A stretch of 64,000 nt of DNA, taken from NCBI GenBank assembly GCA_973895155.1, contig OZ316898.1, positions 19,541,292 to 19,605,291 on the forward strand, given 5' to 3'. Made by a program: the position numbers and the translations under genes. The notes below the pieces were generated by a model. It made no database searches. It saw nothing but the letters and a program-made list of their open reading frames with translations, and was not told where the DNA came from. Shown here in pieces: positions 12,120-24,490 of this stretch. Origin of the DNA: Marsupella aquatica (Eukaryota; Plantae; Marchantiophyta). Position 1 is the stretch's first letter. Every line of letters starts with the position of its first letter.

Positions 12120-13830
12120 CTAATAATGTAAAAGACTGAGGAAGCTTTGTTTGCCGACGTGCATCCCCCTCTGTGGATCTAGCTCCACTACTGCTCCTCG
12201 GGGCTCAAGAGCTTTGGCTGCCCCACGTGTCAAAGCTGCTGATGCATCAATATGTGCAGTGCCACACATGAATCCCATGGTGGCAAGGTCTCCATCAGCT
12301 CCATAAGATGTGGAAGGACCATGGGATGTGGAAGATCCATAGGATGTAGATGCCCCATCACCAGAAGTAGGTCTCACCTGGGAACTAGCCATGGTAGCTA
12401 GCTGTTGCTCCAATTGAGCAATCTTAGCATCCTTTGGATCTATGGTTACAGCAGGGGCAGCGTCACCTCCCTGTCTCCCTGCATGTGGCATGCCACGACC
12501 ACGTCCACCACCTCTACCTCCTCCTCCTCTTCCCTAATCATGTGTACGGGATCCTCCTCTCCGTAACTCAGGATGGAGTGAGAAACACCTATCCTTGGTG
12601 TGTCCAGGAGCTCCACAATGATCACACTGTCGCTGATCAGGCGCTGATGCTCCCCTGATCCTCTATGATCTGGGCAATATCTCTGTGCATGATCCCCACC
12701 ACATGTGCAACATCCTGACTCTTGTCCAGCATTAGAGGGCATAGGTCTCTGGCTGGTAGACTCTCGTGCAGTAGGCTTCTCCCTCTGGCTCTTCCGTGCG
12801 TAGGCTGTGGTGTGGATGTAGATGCAGCCTTTGGTGCTTCCTTGGCAAATCCAGAAGTCACCACCTTTTCATTCACCATATTGAGCTCAATGCGCTCAGA
12901 AAGGGTAAAAACAACTACTAATGTGGGATCTGCATCCCTAAGTAGAGTGACATCTCTCACTCTACGTCGTAACTCTTTGTCCAAAATTGCATACCAAAAC
13001 TGGACTGCCTGAGCCTCTGTCACTCCCTTGGTGACAGTGATCAATCTGCGCATACGAGTGTATGCCTCACGTAGACTCTCTCCAGTCTTGCGCTGGAACT
13101 CCTCAAGACCCTTCAACTTATCAGTTTTCACACCCTGATAGTTCTGCTTCAGTACCTCAAAGAATTCCACCACAGGGTTAAATGCTGGTGCAACTCCAGT
13201 TCCTGCCACAATCACATCGGCAGGAGTAGCGGTGGATGCTACTGGAGTGCTGTTGATGGATGGTGTGCCACTCTGGCTAGTGCTCCTAGATGAAGCAATA
13301 GTTGTGGCAATGGGTTGGGCAGCCGCACTAGTGCCATAGGTGATGGACACATAATTAGGCGACCAATGCTGCCTCCATGCCTCAATCTCAACCAAATGAG
13401 CTTTCCAAAACTCATGGTAGTCATCCATGGGTGGCCCCTCCAAATGCTGAAATAATCCCTTCCATGCCATGAAAGGGGTAAACAACGTGGCGTTACGCAA
13501 TGTCTGCATATTGCACCACGTATCAAACTCCTGGATGAAGTCATCCAGATCAATCGTGCCAACTGCACCAGAGTATCGTCGTGGGCCCTTCGTAGCCCCG
13601 TACATCTCGTCCATATCCCACAACAAAGGTGCAACCACCTGATGACGAAGAGAATTGGTCACTGAGTCCTCATCGGAATCACTGTCTGAAGCTGCACTGC
13701 TGACCGCTACCAATGCCGCTGGCCGTAACTGCGCCCCACTCCGAGTGAAACTGGTCCGTCATCCATCGGGTAACCCAGCAGCACCAGAAGAATCCGTGGT
13801 GACCAACCTAACCTAATCTATATGCTAACC
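12120..13830 (-). pseudogene. Retrotransposon gag (frameshifted) with a CCHC zinc knuckle
   Basis: Retrotrans_gag-like segment (FQRKTGESLREAYTRMRRL...FWYAILDKELRRRV) and the knuckle CCTCGGDHAQRYC. It lies 5' of the protease on the same strand. Confidence 0.8.
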
Positions 13831-15559
13831 CTAAGGGCAATCTGTATGTGTCAACACCACAAGCACTCACCATGGTGTGTTGGGCATCACTCCAACATCA
13901 CCGGGAGAGAAATACGCAGCACAACTAGAATGTCCGGTTGCAAACCCAGATCATTCCTATGGAATCAAGCGCCCACACCAAACTAACATGACGCATAAAC
14001 AGGAAGCATGTGTGAAGAGGATCCAAAAACAAGAATGGATACCATTCAACTCTCCACACAAAAGCAAATGCAAATCAATATGACAATGTGCATAAGGTTC
14101 AAGGAAGAGCCTTCATAATAGGCTTCACAATGGCACTCCAATGTTGTAGATGAGAATCAAGGCAAAATTGGTTCAATCTGTGACTCTAGATGGACTCAAA
14201 AGTATCAAAAACTCTAAAACAACCTTTGATTTGGCCTAGAATAGGCCTCTAAACAAATCGGGAAGTGTATAAAGCCCCCTGACGCTTGAATCTAAACAAC
14301 AAGTTGTGAATGCTTGTGTGTACACAAGGTGGGATGAGAACTTACTAGTTAAGCGCTTGCGGCTGGGAATAGACCCGGGATTGGTGACCTCGTGCTTCGC
14401 CTTGCGCTCGTGACTCGGAATAGTCCCGGGATGGGTGACCTCACGATTCGCCTTATGTGCGCACAGTTGTGTGTGTACACAAAACAGAATTCGTCGGGCT
14501 CAGAAATGGCAACATTTGCCACTCGAAAGCAGCGATTTCCTTCACAAAAACGCCGTCCGACAGCATACACAATTTGGCAACATCGGCCCTCAATCCCTTC
14601 ACAAAAAACGCAGCTTCAGAAGCGTCAACGATTCATGATCGTTGACAGTTCACTTCCGCACCTGCGTCATTAGCGCCACTTTAGTGCAGATCGACAGAAG
14701 CTAACGATCAACACGATAGCCTCAACGTCCCGAACTGATTTCCTTCGATAGCCAGCCCACGATAATGTCCGAACTCAAAACCTGTCACCAATCACAGATC
14801 TGTACATCGATCGGGAAGTAGGCCAATCGGACAGCAACTCAACATCGCTACAGATCGAGATACCAACGATCTGTTCGGTAACAACACACGATTCGAGCTA
14901 CCACGAACCGTCGACAACTCAATCAATCGAACTTCTGTCCGCACAGTCCGTACAACAGATTTTGAATCTGATCTTTCAATGTAATCTCAATACAATCGGC
15001 ACAACGATCCCGGTCAACAATACCCCATCGATCCCGCACCGATCCGATCACACACGTATGTCAAGCCAACGCACCTTGCACTATTCAAGGAATCCACGTT
15101 ACACAAGCGGAGCTCACAGCCACCATAGCCACACTCAAGCTCCTCTCTCCAAGGCTCAACATTGAAAGATGACCTTTCAATGCCTCACAAGAGAGAAGTA
15201 CCCTCTCACACAAACCTAACAGAACCTTATCGGCTCATATAACACACATACCAAACATACGGATCTAGATAGTACAATACACTCTAACACTACCTAGAAT
15301 GGTGTGACAAATAACACTTTCCTAGATAACAAAAGTCCTGTTTGCTCGCATTATACAATACCTCAAGCAGGTCTTATAGCTAACAAAACGGGTATAACCA
15401 CCTTTATAATAAACCACAAATAGTTACTCGTAAAAACAAATGGGTGGTAAATTTTTTGGAATTTGTTTTTTTGGAATTTTTTATTTTTTAACTTTGTACA
15501 GTTGACATTTATTTGCACCAGAGCTAGTAATAGTATTGCCTGATACTAGGAAAAAGTTG

Positions 15560-15948
15560 TAGTGTTTTAAATTATTTTGGAACTTGTGATTTTTAATGAC
15601 ACACGTTTTAGATTGTTTTGTTTATTAGTAACAGTGAGTAAAGCTTTTAATGACACATTTTTTAGATTGTTTTGTTTATTAGGACAGGCCGGGCTGGGCA
15701 GGGATAGGCCAGGACAGGCCGGGGTCGGGCCGGGAGAGGCCGGGACAGGCCAGGGGTTGGGCCCAGACAGGCTGGGGCCAGGCCGGGAGAGGCCGGGGGT
15801 CGGGCCGGGACAGGGTTGGGGCAAGGTGTGAGCCAGCCAGGGCCAGGAAGTCATGGGCGGCCGGGCTGGGCCGGGAAGAGTTGCAAGTTAACTAACTCTA
15901 AAGCCTCTATTTGCCAAGCCTCTATTTGCCGGGCAAATCCAAACCAGG
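15560..15948 (-). mobile_element. Partial copy of the GC-rich TIR element family seen at 30346-31417, in the opposite orientation
   Basis: GGCCGGG-type repeats followed by GCCTCTATTTGCCGGGCAAATCCAAACCAGG, which approximates the reverse complement of the 30346 terminus CCCGGTTTGGACTTGTCCGACAAATAGAGGC. The left end was not located. Confidence 0.65.
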
Positions 15949-16072
15949 TGAAAATACACTTGCCATCCTCAGTGAAGATGGAGACACAATGCCCTCCAAT
16001 GCCATGATGTGGAAACAAATTACAGAGTAGTACGTTAGACAGGGCTCTGTCGAAATTGGCGAAGAGATCAAA

Positions 16073-17176
16073 ATGGGGCTCAAGCATGGGAGAAAGCCCG
16101 AATCATTCCTCTTCGGATTTTTCCCTCTACTTCTTTGGTCAGTGGCTCGGATCATTATTATTGTAGCTGAAGCTGCAGCGGGCGCAGGCTTGGAGCTGGT
16201 GAGCCCGGCGCCATGTTCCTGCAGGAATCCACTGTCGGATCCAATTCACGAAATGCATCATGGACACGACGTCGTATGGCAAATTCCGTCCCACCGCAAA
16301 GCTGTCCTGCTCTTCGCACACGGATATGGCACGGACGCGTTCGTATACTTCGCTCCAGGACCCAACTGTGAGCAATGCTATGGATTGCCTGAACATCGGA
16401 CCGTAGTCCTGGAAGCTCTCCGGAGACGGTATGCTGTCATAGTAGTGTCGGTCGATGCCGCAGATATGGAAGGCGCCGACGCGGCCATTGTGTATACCGT
16501 CGTTAAGGAGTGGATGGCAGAGCACATGTTGGACAGCCTGCCCTTGGCGGTGTGGGGTCATGCTTCAGGGACCTATCTCGCGACGGCTCTAACCCTGAGC
16601 CTTCCAATACAGGCGATGGTGCTCATGTGTGGCGAAGGGATCTTCGAAGTGGAAGAGGTGGCGACCCCGCTAAGTTTTCCACCAACGATCTTCGCGTACA
16701 TGCCTGTTGATGAATCCGATCGATTCTTGAACCACACAGGAAAGGCCAAATCAGCGATGGCGGTCCTCAGCTTGCTTGGAGTGAAAGTGGCTGACACAGA
16801 GCTTTGGCCGAAGCCGCTTTCCCCGCTCTTCTTCACGGAGCGCATTCTGTGCATGAGCGAGGAGGTGTCACGGGCGATCTATGCGGCTTATGAAGCTGCT
16901 GGATGGATAGACGCCAATGGGTATCTCACGAGAGACCCAAGCCAGGAGGACTGGCAATCCGTGTTACTGAATGCTAAAGCGCTGCCCTTATGCCCATTTG
17001 GGAAACTTTGCCTAGGTGCTCAAGTGGAGCAGGAGCTGAAGATGGCATTCGCTATGCATTCGTTCACGAGCGATGGTAATGGCGTGATTTTTCCTTGGCT
17101 GGACTCGACCATTAGCTCTTCTTCTAGTGGTGAAGCATCAATTCTTGAATCTCTCGCACTCACTGCAACGATTTGA
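16073..17176 (+). CDS. Intronless alpha/beta-hydrolase-fold protein of an uncharacterised plant family, with an N-terminal hydrophobic segment
   Basis: 367-aa ORF with VVWQIP..KAVLLFAHG, C..CYGLPEHR.VV.EAL.R.YAVI, LPLAVWGHASGT, FPPTIF.YMP.D and a C-terminal QELKMAFAMHSFTS (candidate catalytic His). Confidence 0.8.
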   Translation: MGLKHGRKPESFLFGFFPLLLWSVARIIIIVAEAAAGAGLELVSPAPCSCRNPLSDPIHEMHHGHDVVWQIPSHRKAVLLFAHGYGTDAFVYFAPGPNCEQCYGLPEHRTVVLEALRRRYAVIVVSVDAADMEGADAAIVYTVVKEWMAEHMLDSLPLAVWGHASGTYLATALTLSLPIQAMVLMCGEGIFEVEEVATPLSFPPTIFAYMPVDESDRFLNHTGKAKSAMAVLSLLGVKVADTELWPKPLSPLFFTERILCMSEEVSRAIYAAYEAAGWIDANGYLTRDPSQEDWQSVLLNAKALPLCPFGKLCLGAQVEQELKMAFAMHSFTSDGNGVIFPWLDSTISSSSSGEASILESLALTATI

Positions 17177-20100
17177 ACATTTCGGATGGTTTGAAATGGT
17201 TTCCTCTTTACCATCAGATACTCAGGTGATAATATTTATGAACTCCATCTCCCATCTCTTCAGCTCGAGATTTGCCATCATAATGCTGCTACTCAGAATT
17301 GAATTTCAATTTACTTCCCCCTAGCAGAAATTCATTTCCACCCTCTAGCTCCTAACTGCATCCATTCTCTCGCCATCCTTCCATGTTCCATCTGGACATC
17401 TTCGATCACTCTTGTTGCTGTCATTCCTCGTGCTTCCATTGCCCAACTGTGGAACCATCCCTCTCGTGTAGTTTTGTTAATTTGGTTACCATTCGCTCTA
17501 TCAACTGCTGTTGTCCTATTGTTCTCCAAAAAGCAAACCTTGCATGATTGTTGCTCCCTGCGTTCTCAACTCCCTGTGCCTCATCCCCCTTAGATTTTCT
17601 TTTTCTGGATTCAACCTCCGACCCATCTCCCTGCCGACATTATTTGTTTGGACTAGCTAGTTTCCATGCCCTCGGCTCCTGAATTTCTTTCCTTCTTGTG
17701 GCTGAATTTTCTGTCATTGGCCAGATACTCCTCTTAGTGTTTCGTGCGCAAGTGCCTTACTTTTAATTGTCTGGAAATTCTCGTCCATTCTTATTCTTCA
17801 CTGTTTTGTTCTAATATTGGTTTTATGCTGTCTTGCTTCGATTGCATTCCTGAGCTCTATATCAAATCAGTCACACCTCCTTCATCCCCCAACATTGGTG
17901 TTAACAAAGTGACTCTGAACTAGATTTTTGCAGTTCCAATCCCTCCTGTGCTGACAAAATCCCTCCTTTACTGACAAAGACTGAGCGATCTCGCTCTTTA
18001 CGGTTCATATCTCGTTTGTCATAGTTGTCTTATGTCCCGTTTTTATTTGCTTCATTTCCCTCTGGAATAGGGCTTTCTTCTCGTTCCATCTCCTTCTCTA
18101 GGTCAAAACTCCCTTAGTTTCGTATCATACAAGAAATTTTGTTTGCGCCACCGATATTCTATTGATCTTCTCAACTCACCTACAACCTCTCTACACCTGA
18201 AGAACCGTCATTTTCCCTTCAGTATGCTCGGATTATTCTTGTGCAGCATTTGTGGTTACCTGTAACTGTTCGCTCTTCCAATTTGACTTCTTCAATTGCT
18301 TCATGTATATTCTTCTAATGTTGAGTTTGCGTAATCACTACTTAGCAGCGCACACATCCAAATAAACACCTACATCCGCCAAATTGAATCACCCACTTAT
18401 CTCATTTGAACAGTTCTTCTATATGAGTTTGTGCCTTTCTATATTTTCCTGACCTCCCCTTTGAGACAATATTCCGGCTCATGAGAGTCCGTCAATAGGG
18501 AGCAGCAATTTTCTTGGTTCCTTTGCTGGAGGATGACGAGCTTTTCCTCGGTTCCTCTGTAAGCACGCTGCAGCTCTGCTTCGGTTGTTCCCATCAGATG
18601 CTTTATGGTGGTGCAAACTAAATTTTACTCGGAATCATGCTCCTTTTCCGGCCAGTTTTCAGTATCGGGAGTACTCTCTCCGTTTTGTCATTCTCTAGAC
18701 ACAGAAGGACAATCGCAATACAATGGGTCAAGAACTATTGGCGAAATTATGTGGATCTTGTTTCAGCGTCCTATGCGTTTCTTTGGAAATGTTGGCAGCT
18801 TTGCTTTCACGAAAATGCGTAGCCTGAGGCTTGTTTATAAAATAGTGCCAGAATTGTCACCGATGGGGGGCTTTTCAAGTTGTGTCTCGGGTACTGATGG
18901 CGAACGTGATGATAATTTGAATCGCAGAAATAGTCATGAAGCCCATGTCACAGGGAAAATTAAGAATTCTTCCAAATAATGATGTTTGCCTATTCATTCT
19001 TTTAACCAAGTTGTTCAGGCCCTGAGAACGATCATGGTGTATGTTTACTTTATGTAGACGAAGTTATTTCAAAGCTTCATCTATGATTCGAGAAACGCAC
19101 GAAGCAAAATTACGTTAGAGCCAACGGCTCTGGTGTACAAGATAAGTGATGTCGCCTCTGAAGGGAGAAGGGGCTCTTCAAGCTCTTGGAGTGCTCTAGG
19201 TCATGGAACTAGCCGGGTTAGGACGAGAAAAGCCCTCTTAAGTCGTAGAAAGCACATTCCAAACGGTTGTCAAAGTCTCAGGTGGCCTTCCATCGAGGGT
19301 CACCCGACTGCCTTCAGTAGAATTGACGAGTCCTGGTCCAAGGTTCAATTTTCTACTCAGTGCGATTCAGCAAGAGCTTCCAGGTTCCCTTCTAGATATA
19401 TGACAGATATCAAGTATCTCGTTACTGGATAGAACCTCTACAGCCTGTCCTTTTCAGTAATCACATTGTATGAGTACACTTTATTCTATATTCTTAAAAT
19501 TGAACAATAAACCTTTTGTTCATTCGAAAAATTGTGGTCCTTTATAATCCTCTCACAATTAAAATCATCTCGATAATGCAAATTTGGTCTCATCCTTGTA
19601 TTGTGTCAATAAGACTAAGGTTCCACTGTTTTCCTGTTCTAGCCATCTGTTTTGATTAGTTGGTTCATATGGAATGAGAGTTCATATTCAATCATCTCAA
19701 TTTTCTGCAAACGTCTTCTGGAGTCACGACGATTTGATGGTTTTTCTATGCATGACTCGAATAATTGGTGTTTGTTAATGTGTATGAGGAAAGGAACAAA
19801 CAAGTCTAACGAAGACTAAGAATTCAATTTATTTACTTATTGATAAAAACAACTTAAGAATTGATTCCAGGTAGGGTTATAAACGAGTTAAAAAGTAGAC
19901 TATGAAATTGAGCAAGTTCATAGCTTATCCCTAGTCCTGGCCAGTCTGGATGAGGTTTAGTTTTATTTATTTATAAAGGGAAACCTTGATCCAGAGCAGG
20001 TTGAAGACACCCTTGTAGACGTAAGTAACCAAAACGATGTGGCACTTTCCTCTTCCAAGTAATAGAGCAGAAAATCGAAGAGCTAAGGTAACCTCTAATC

Positions 20101-20230
20101 TGGAGGTCAATCTTCACTCAACGAAGACTACTACAGTATGTGCTACAGCACTGTCTTCCACTCAAAAACAAGGCCTGGGCTCATGCTCCAATTGCACAAC
20201 AAACAGAACAACAAGGAGAGGGGTTACTGA

Positions 20231-20406
20231 GCTCAGTCATGGCCTCTGTTGTGTTGTGATTCTCTGTGCTCGCTATTCAACTATGAGGGGAGCACTACAA
20301 TTAATCACAGTGAAGCGCTCAGTCATGACCTCTGTTGTGTTGTGATTCTCCTCTGTGCTCGCTATTCAACTATGAGGGGAACACTACAATTAATCGCAGT
20401 GAAGCG
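20231..20406. repeat. Two-copy tandem repeat, about 87-bp unit
   Basis: GCTCAGTCATG(G/A)CCTCTGTTGTGTTGTGATTCTC...TGCTCGCTATTCAACTATGAGGGGA.CACTACAATTAATC.CAGTGAAGCG occurs twice. Confidence 0.9.
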
Positions 20407-20594
20407 TGGAAAGTGCAGGCTGCCAGGAACACACTAACAGTCAGAACTTATCCATGGAATGTACTGTGTACGCACAGGATATCATTTATGCACTTAGCCA
20501 TATGTGCATAGTCTGCACTATCCTGGACACTATCTAACATGTGCAAGACAAATCTCTTATGCATTTTCTCATATGTATTGTCAGGTCACACATT

Positions 20595-20720
20595 GGACTC
20601 CTCTTAACCCACGCCCTCATACTCCAGGATTCAAGAGCATAAGTGTATGAAACTATTTTTGGACTCCTCGTAACCCAAGCCCTCATACTCCAGGATTCAA
20701 AAGTGTATGAAACTATTTTT
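20595..20720. repeat. Two-copy tandem repeat, about 63-bp unit
   Basis: TGGACTCCTC.TAACCCA.GCCCTCATACTCCAGGATTCAA...AAGTGTATGAAACTATTTTT occurs twice. Confidence 0.9.
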
Positions 20721-21859
20721 TGTAGTTGACTACTCCACTTATCAATAAATGTTTCCTATGTATGCTCTGGAGTACCTTATAAATGCATGTTAGGCTTGTT
20801 CACGGAAATGCACTTTTCACGTGCATTTACAAAGTAATTTGCTGTGATATCCTTGTGGGGAACTGCATGGCCGGCCTACACTTAACCACAGTGCGCTTAT
20901 CTGTGGGGCAGTTATCTATTTCTCAGGGTACAACTTTGTCTCGCCCAACTTTAACATGCATTTCTTAATGTCTGAGAAAACAAATAACTAGTAAGAAAAA
21001 GTGTCATCATGTAGATTTCCCTGTCATATGGTTCTGATTATATAATGTTTTGGCCTTGATGAATGTATCATTTGTCATTTGTCCCACAAATTTGCAGGGC
21101 ATCAACCTTTTGAAAGACACCCACTTACTGGATGGAGAGACCATGTGGGGTGAGTCCTGAAAAAATATATCAAGAAATATTATACACAGTTGCGCCACTT
21201 TTTAGAGTGGTTGCCATTCAAATTTGCAGGGCACAAAACTCAAAAAATACGTCAAAGTAAGCAATAAAGTCAAAGTGTGAATTGACTTTAGTGTGTCACA
21301 AAAAGTTACACCAGTGCCCAAGACAAGCAAGAATAATCACACCAGACACAAAAAGAAGTGAAAGACCATAATACAATGCACAAGAATCAAGGAGGATAGA
21401 TCAATGCAAGTAAGTATTATATATATTCACATGCAAGTTTATATTGTACATATTCAATATTATGTGCATCATAATTTTGTGTAATACTGATAAGAGTAAT
21501 TTAATTGCTAATAATATTTTGGTCACTAGATCAATTAAGAAACTATTTTCCCAATATTTGTGGTGATTTTACAGTCATTTGTAGTGTCATTTTCAATGCC
21601 AAAAAACAAAAGTAACAAGGCCGAAAGACAGTAGAAGCACATGGCATGGGCATTGATGGCAAGGTATGGGCGAGGGGCACACTCGCAATGTAGGGTAGCC
21701 CCTCTATCTCACATGGGTGGGGAGGTGGGCAAACAAGTGGAGTGATTGTAATGTGAAAAAGAGAAGACCAAAAATAGGAAAATGGGGAAAAGGGGGAGGT
21801 TAAGGTTTAAAAGGAACATAAGAGAAAAAAAAAAAAAAACCTCTCATTTTGGTATACTT

Positions 21860-23015
21860 TTGTGGTTGTCATAGCCAGTCTTTTGTGCAATGACATCTTT
21901 TATTCAAGAATGTTTTTGTGCAAGGAGAAAAAAGAAAAAAAGAAAAGTGAACTTTTGTGGTTGCCATAGCCACTATTTTGCACAATGATATCTTTCACTC
22001 AACAAAAATATTTGTGCAATAATGTATCTTAACAATTACTATTTTTATTCAATGATATCTTTTGCACCATGATCTATTTGTCAACAACATCTTTAACCAA
22101 ACAACATCTTTTATGCAGCGCACGGGGATTGAAAGGATACCGACAGAATGCTCATCTTTGCTAAACCTGAAACTGATAATATAACATTGTGCCAATTTAT
22201 AGAGTGGTCACCATTCAAATGCAAGGGCATTTTGGGTAAAACAAAACAAAGAAAAAGACTCACTCCTTTCCTTGACTTTTACTTCATAACATCTTTCAGA
22301 GAACAATAGCTTGGGTGAAACGACACCATTTTTCTTATAACATCTTTTACTTCACAATATCTTTGGCAAAATGACACCTTTTTCTTAACAACATCTTTCA
22401 CATAATGGCATCTTTGGCAAAATGATTTCTTTTTTCGTAACTACATCTTTTTACTTCGTGACATCTTTCACATAACAACATCTTTTGTGCAACACACGGG
22501 TATTTTTCCTGAACGATGTCTTGGCCGACACTATATTCTTTTCTCAATGACCTCTTGGCCAACACAACATCTTTTGTTCTCACCGACTTCTTAATTGGCC
22601 GACACAACATTTTTTTTTTCAATGACCTCTTGGCCAACGACTTCTTTTCTCTCAATGACCTTTTGGGCAACACGGCATCTGTCCACGACCTCTTGGCCAA
22701 CACTACATATTTTCTTTCAACAACCTCTTGGCTGACACAACATCTTTTTTTCTCAATGACATCTTGGCCAACACAACTTTTCTCTCAACGACCTCTTGGG
22801 CGACATGATATCTTTACTCTCAACGACCTCTTGAGCAACACGACATCTTTTCTCTCAATGACCTCTTGGGCGATACAACATCTTTTCTCTTAACGACCTC
22901 TTGGGCAACACGACATCTTTTCTCTCACCACCTCTTGCCCAACACAACATCTTTTCTCTCAATGACATCTTGGCCGACACGACTTCTTTTGTGCAACGCA
23001 CGGGTATTGAGCTAG
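21860..23015 (+). mobile_element. Non-autonomous Helitron-like element with internal minisatellite; 3' end at CTAG 23012-23015, 5' end uncertain
   Basis: Degenerate ACAACATCTTTT/GACCTCTTGG repeats end in GTGCAACGCACGGGTATTGAGCTAG|T, a hairpin plus CTAG|T typical of plant Helitron 3' termini. Decayed versions of this end occur near 22113 and 22487. Confidence 0.75.
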
Positions 23016-24210
23016 TGCCACTATGATACAGAGAAGTAGTAGGCGGCACGAGGGAACCTCTAAGAAGACTAATTTGAGAAGGAAAATTTTCCTATTCGCG
23101 AATAGAAGGGAATTGAGTGGTTGCACCCACAGCCATAAAAAGGGAGAATGAAGGGAACTGCGTAACAATTGTGGAACGTAGGCAATTTGGAGGGGCAGCC
23201 AGTTGGTACAGAGTGTGCTAAGGCCCTGTCCCAAGTACCTTATGCAAATAAGGTCCAAATATAAGAGTGGGCTTAAGCCCTATGTCAAGAGACTTTCATT
23301 CTCGTAAGAACAAGAGTACTAAGCATTTATGGGGTTCTATTTGAACACAGTAACTATGTTTATTTGTTTTTAAAAAAGGGGAAATGTGTGAAACCTCAGA
23401 GAAAGTGAATAGTTAGCCATAATATTTGAACTCTAGACTTATGAATCTCTCTACAGTACATGTTTCTCTGGCAAACTAAATTTTAAACTGGTTCTGTTCC
23501 AATTTCTCAGGGCTCAATGTACTGTCATACGCGTTTATGACAGTTGTAAGAATGATCTAACAAAATTTCCAAAGCCAGTTGCGCTGCTTGCTCTCGTGCA
23601 TTTTCAACTTAAATAAAAGAAGAGAGTAAGGAACCATCGCTTCTACTGTAGTGTGAGACTGGGTTCTCCCTGAGCAGACTCGATCAAAGGTTTGAATTGC
23701 TTTGTTTGATTTGTTTTTTCTCTGGGAACTGTAGGCATAGATTTTCTGCCGCGTTGAAATCTTTTCTGGATTGCTACAGTCTTGAATTTCTTAGGTTGAG
23801 TCCTACAATTATGACGCAGGCATGGGCCACATTCGAAAAGTTTTAGCTATCATGGGTCCCTCCCTCCCTATTCTCGTACAGTAGTCCCTGATTAGACTGT
23901 GGGACCTCACAGTGGTCAGCCTGGATATCTTTTGACAGTAGGCTTGGGACGGACTGGGCTATGTCAAATCTACTGCAGACTGGACTTGTTCAAGCTACAG
24001 CTCGAGGACACTAATTGCACAGATTGCACGTGAAGAGACAGCGCGTGTTTTTCTCTGGTCCGTTGATATGTGGAAAACACGTCGACTCTACCTTAGTATA
24101 ATTTTGTACCGTCAAACAAATTAGTCTAGTAGAAGCTCTCTGCGATTGACTCCTTGTTCTTCTCAACTAGGGGCCACTTTGGGAACATACACCTCAACTT
24201 ACCACTTTAG

Positions 24211-24490
24211 ACGAATTGGTGGTTGATGGACCCCCAAAATAAATAGTGTACTTTAGAGGAATTGGTAGTTGATCTACCCCCAAATGAAAAGTGTTATTTG
24301 ATGAGATCTGAGGTTTTGGGTAAGTTGATTTAACTTCCCACTTTACAGAAATTGGTGGTTGATGGACCCCCAAAATGAGTAGTGCTATTTGATGGGGACC
24401 CCTAAGCTTTGGGTAAGTTGATTTAAGGTCTATTGGTCACTTAGGGGTCTAATCAAGTAACACTTTTCATTTTAGGGGTCCATCAAGCAT
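24211..24490. repeat. Degenerate GAATTGGTGGTTGATGGACCCCCAAAAT repeats with one inverted copy; possible MITE remnant
   Basis: Direct copies near 24213, 24258 and 24348; inverted GGGGTCCATCAA near 24475. Confidence 0.55.

Larger units (their letters stand above)
6449..15309 (-). mobile_element. Decayed Ty3/Gypsy retrotransposon encoding a cytosine DNA methyltransferase and a C-terminal PHD finger; boundaries approximate
   Basis: Minus-strand domain order gag-PR-DNMT-RT-RH-INT-PHD, broken by many stops and frameshifts. TGTCACA (6449) and TGTGACA (ending 15309) are candidate termini, but no LTR pair or TSD was found. Confidence 0.9.

Noticed and set aside
13860-15309. Candidate 5' LTR and primer-binding site of the Gypsy element
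   Set aside because: No matching direct repeat was found at 6000-6700, and no convincing tRNA-complementary PBS or TSD. Left unannotated.
17330-18480. Possible highly decayed LINE ORF2 tail on the minus strand
   Set aside because: Only faint motif echoes (HKLI*KNC...G*FNLAD, CKVC), too weak to support without a search.
22500-22990. Regularly spaced short repeats resembling a CRISPR array
   Set aside because: The context is eukaryotic, the units are degenerate without unique spacers, and there are no cas genes.
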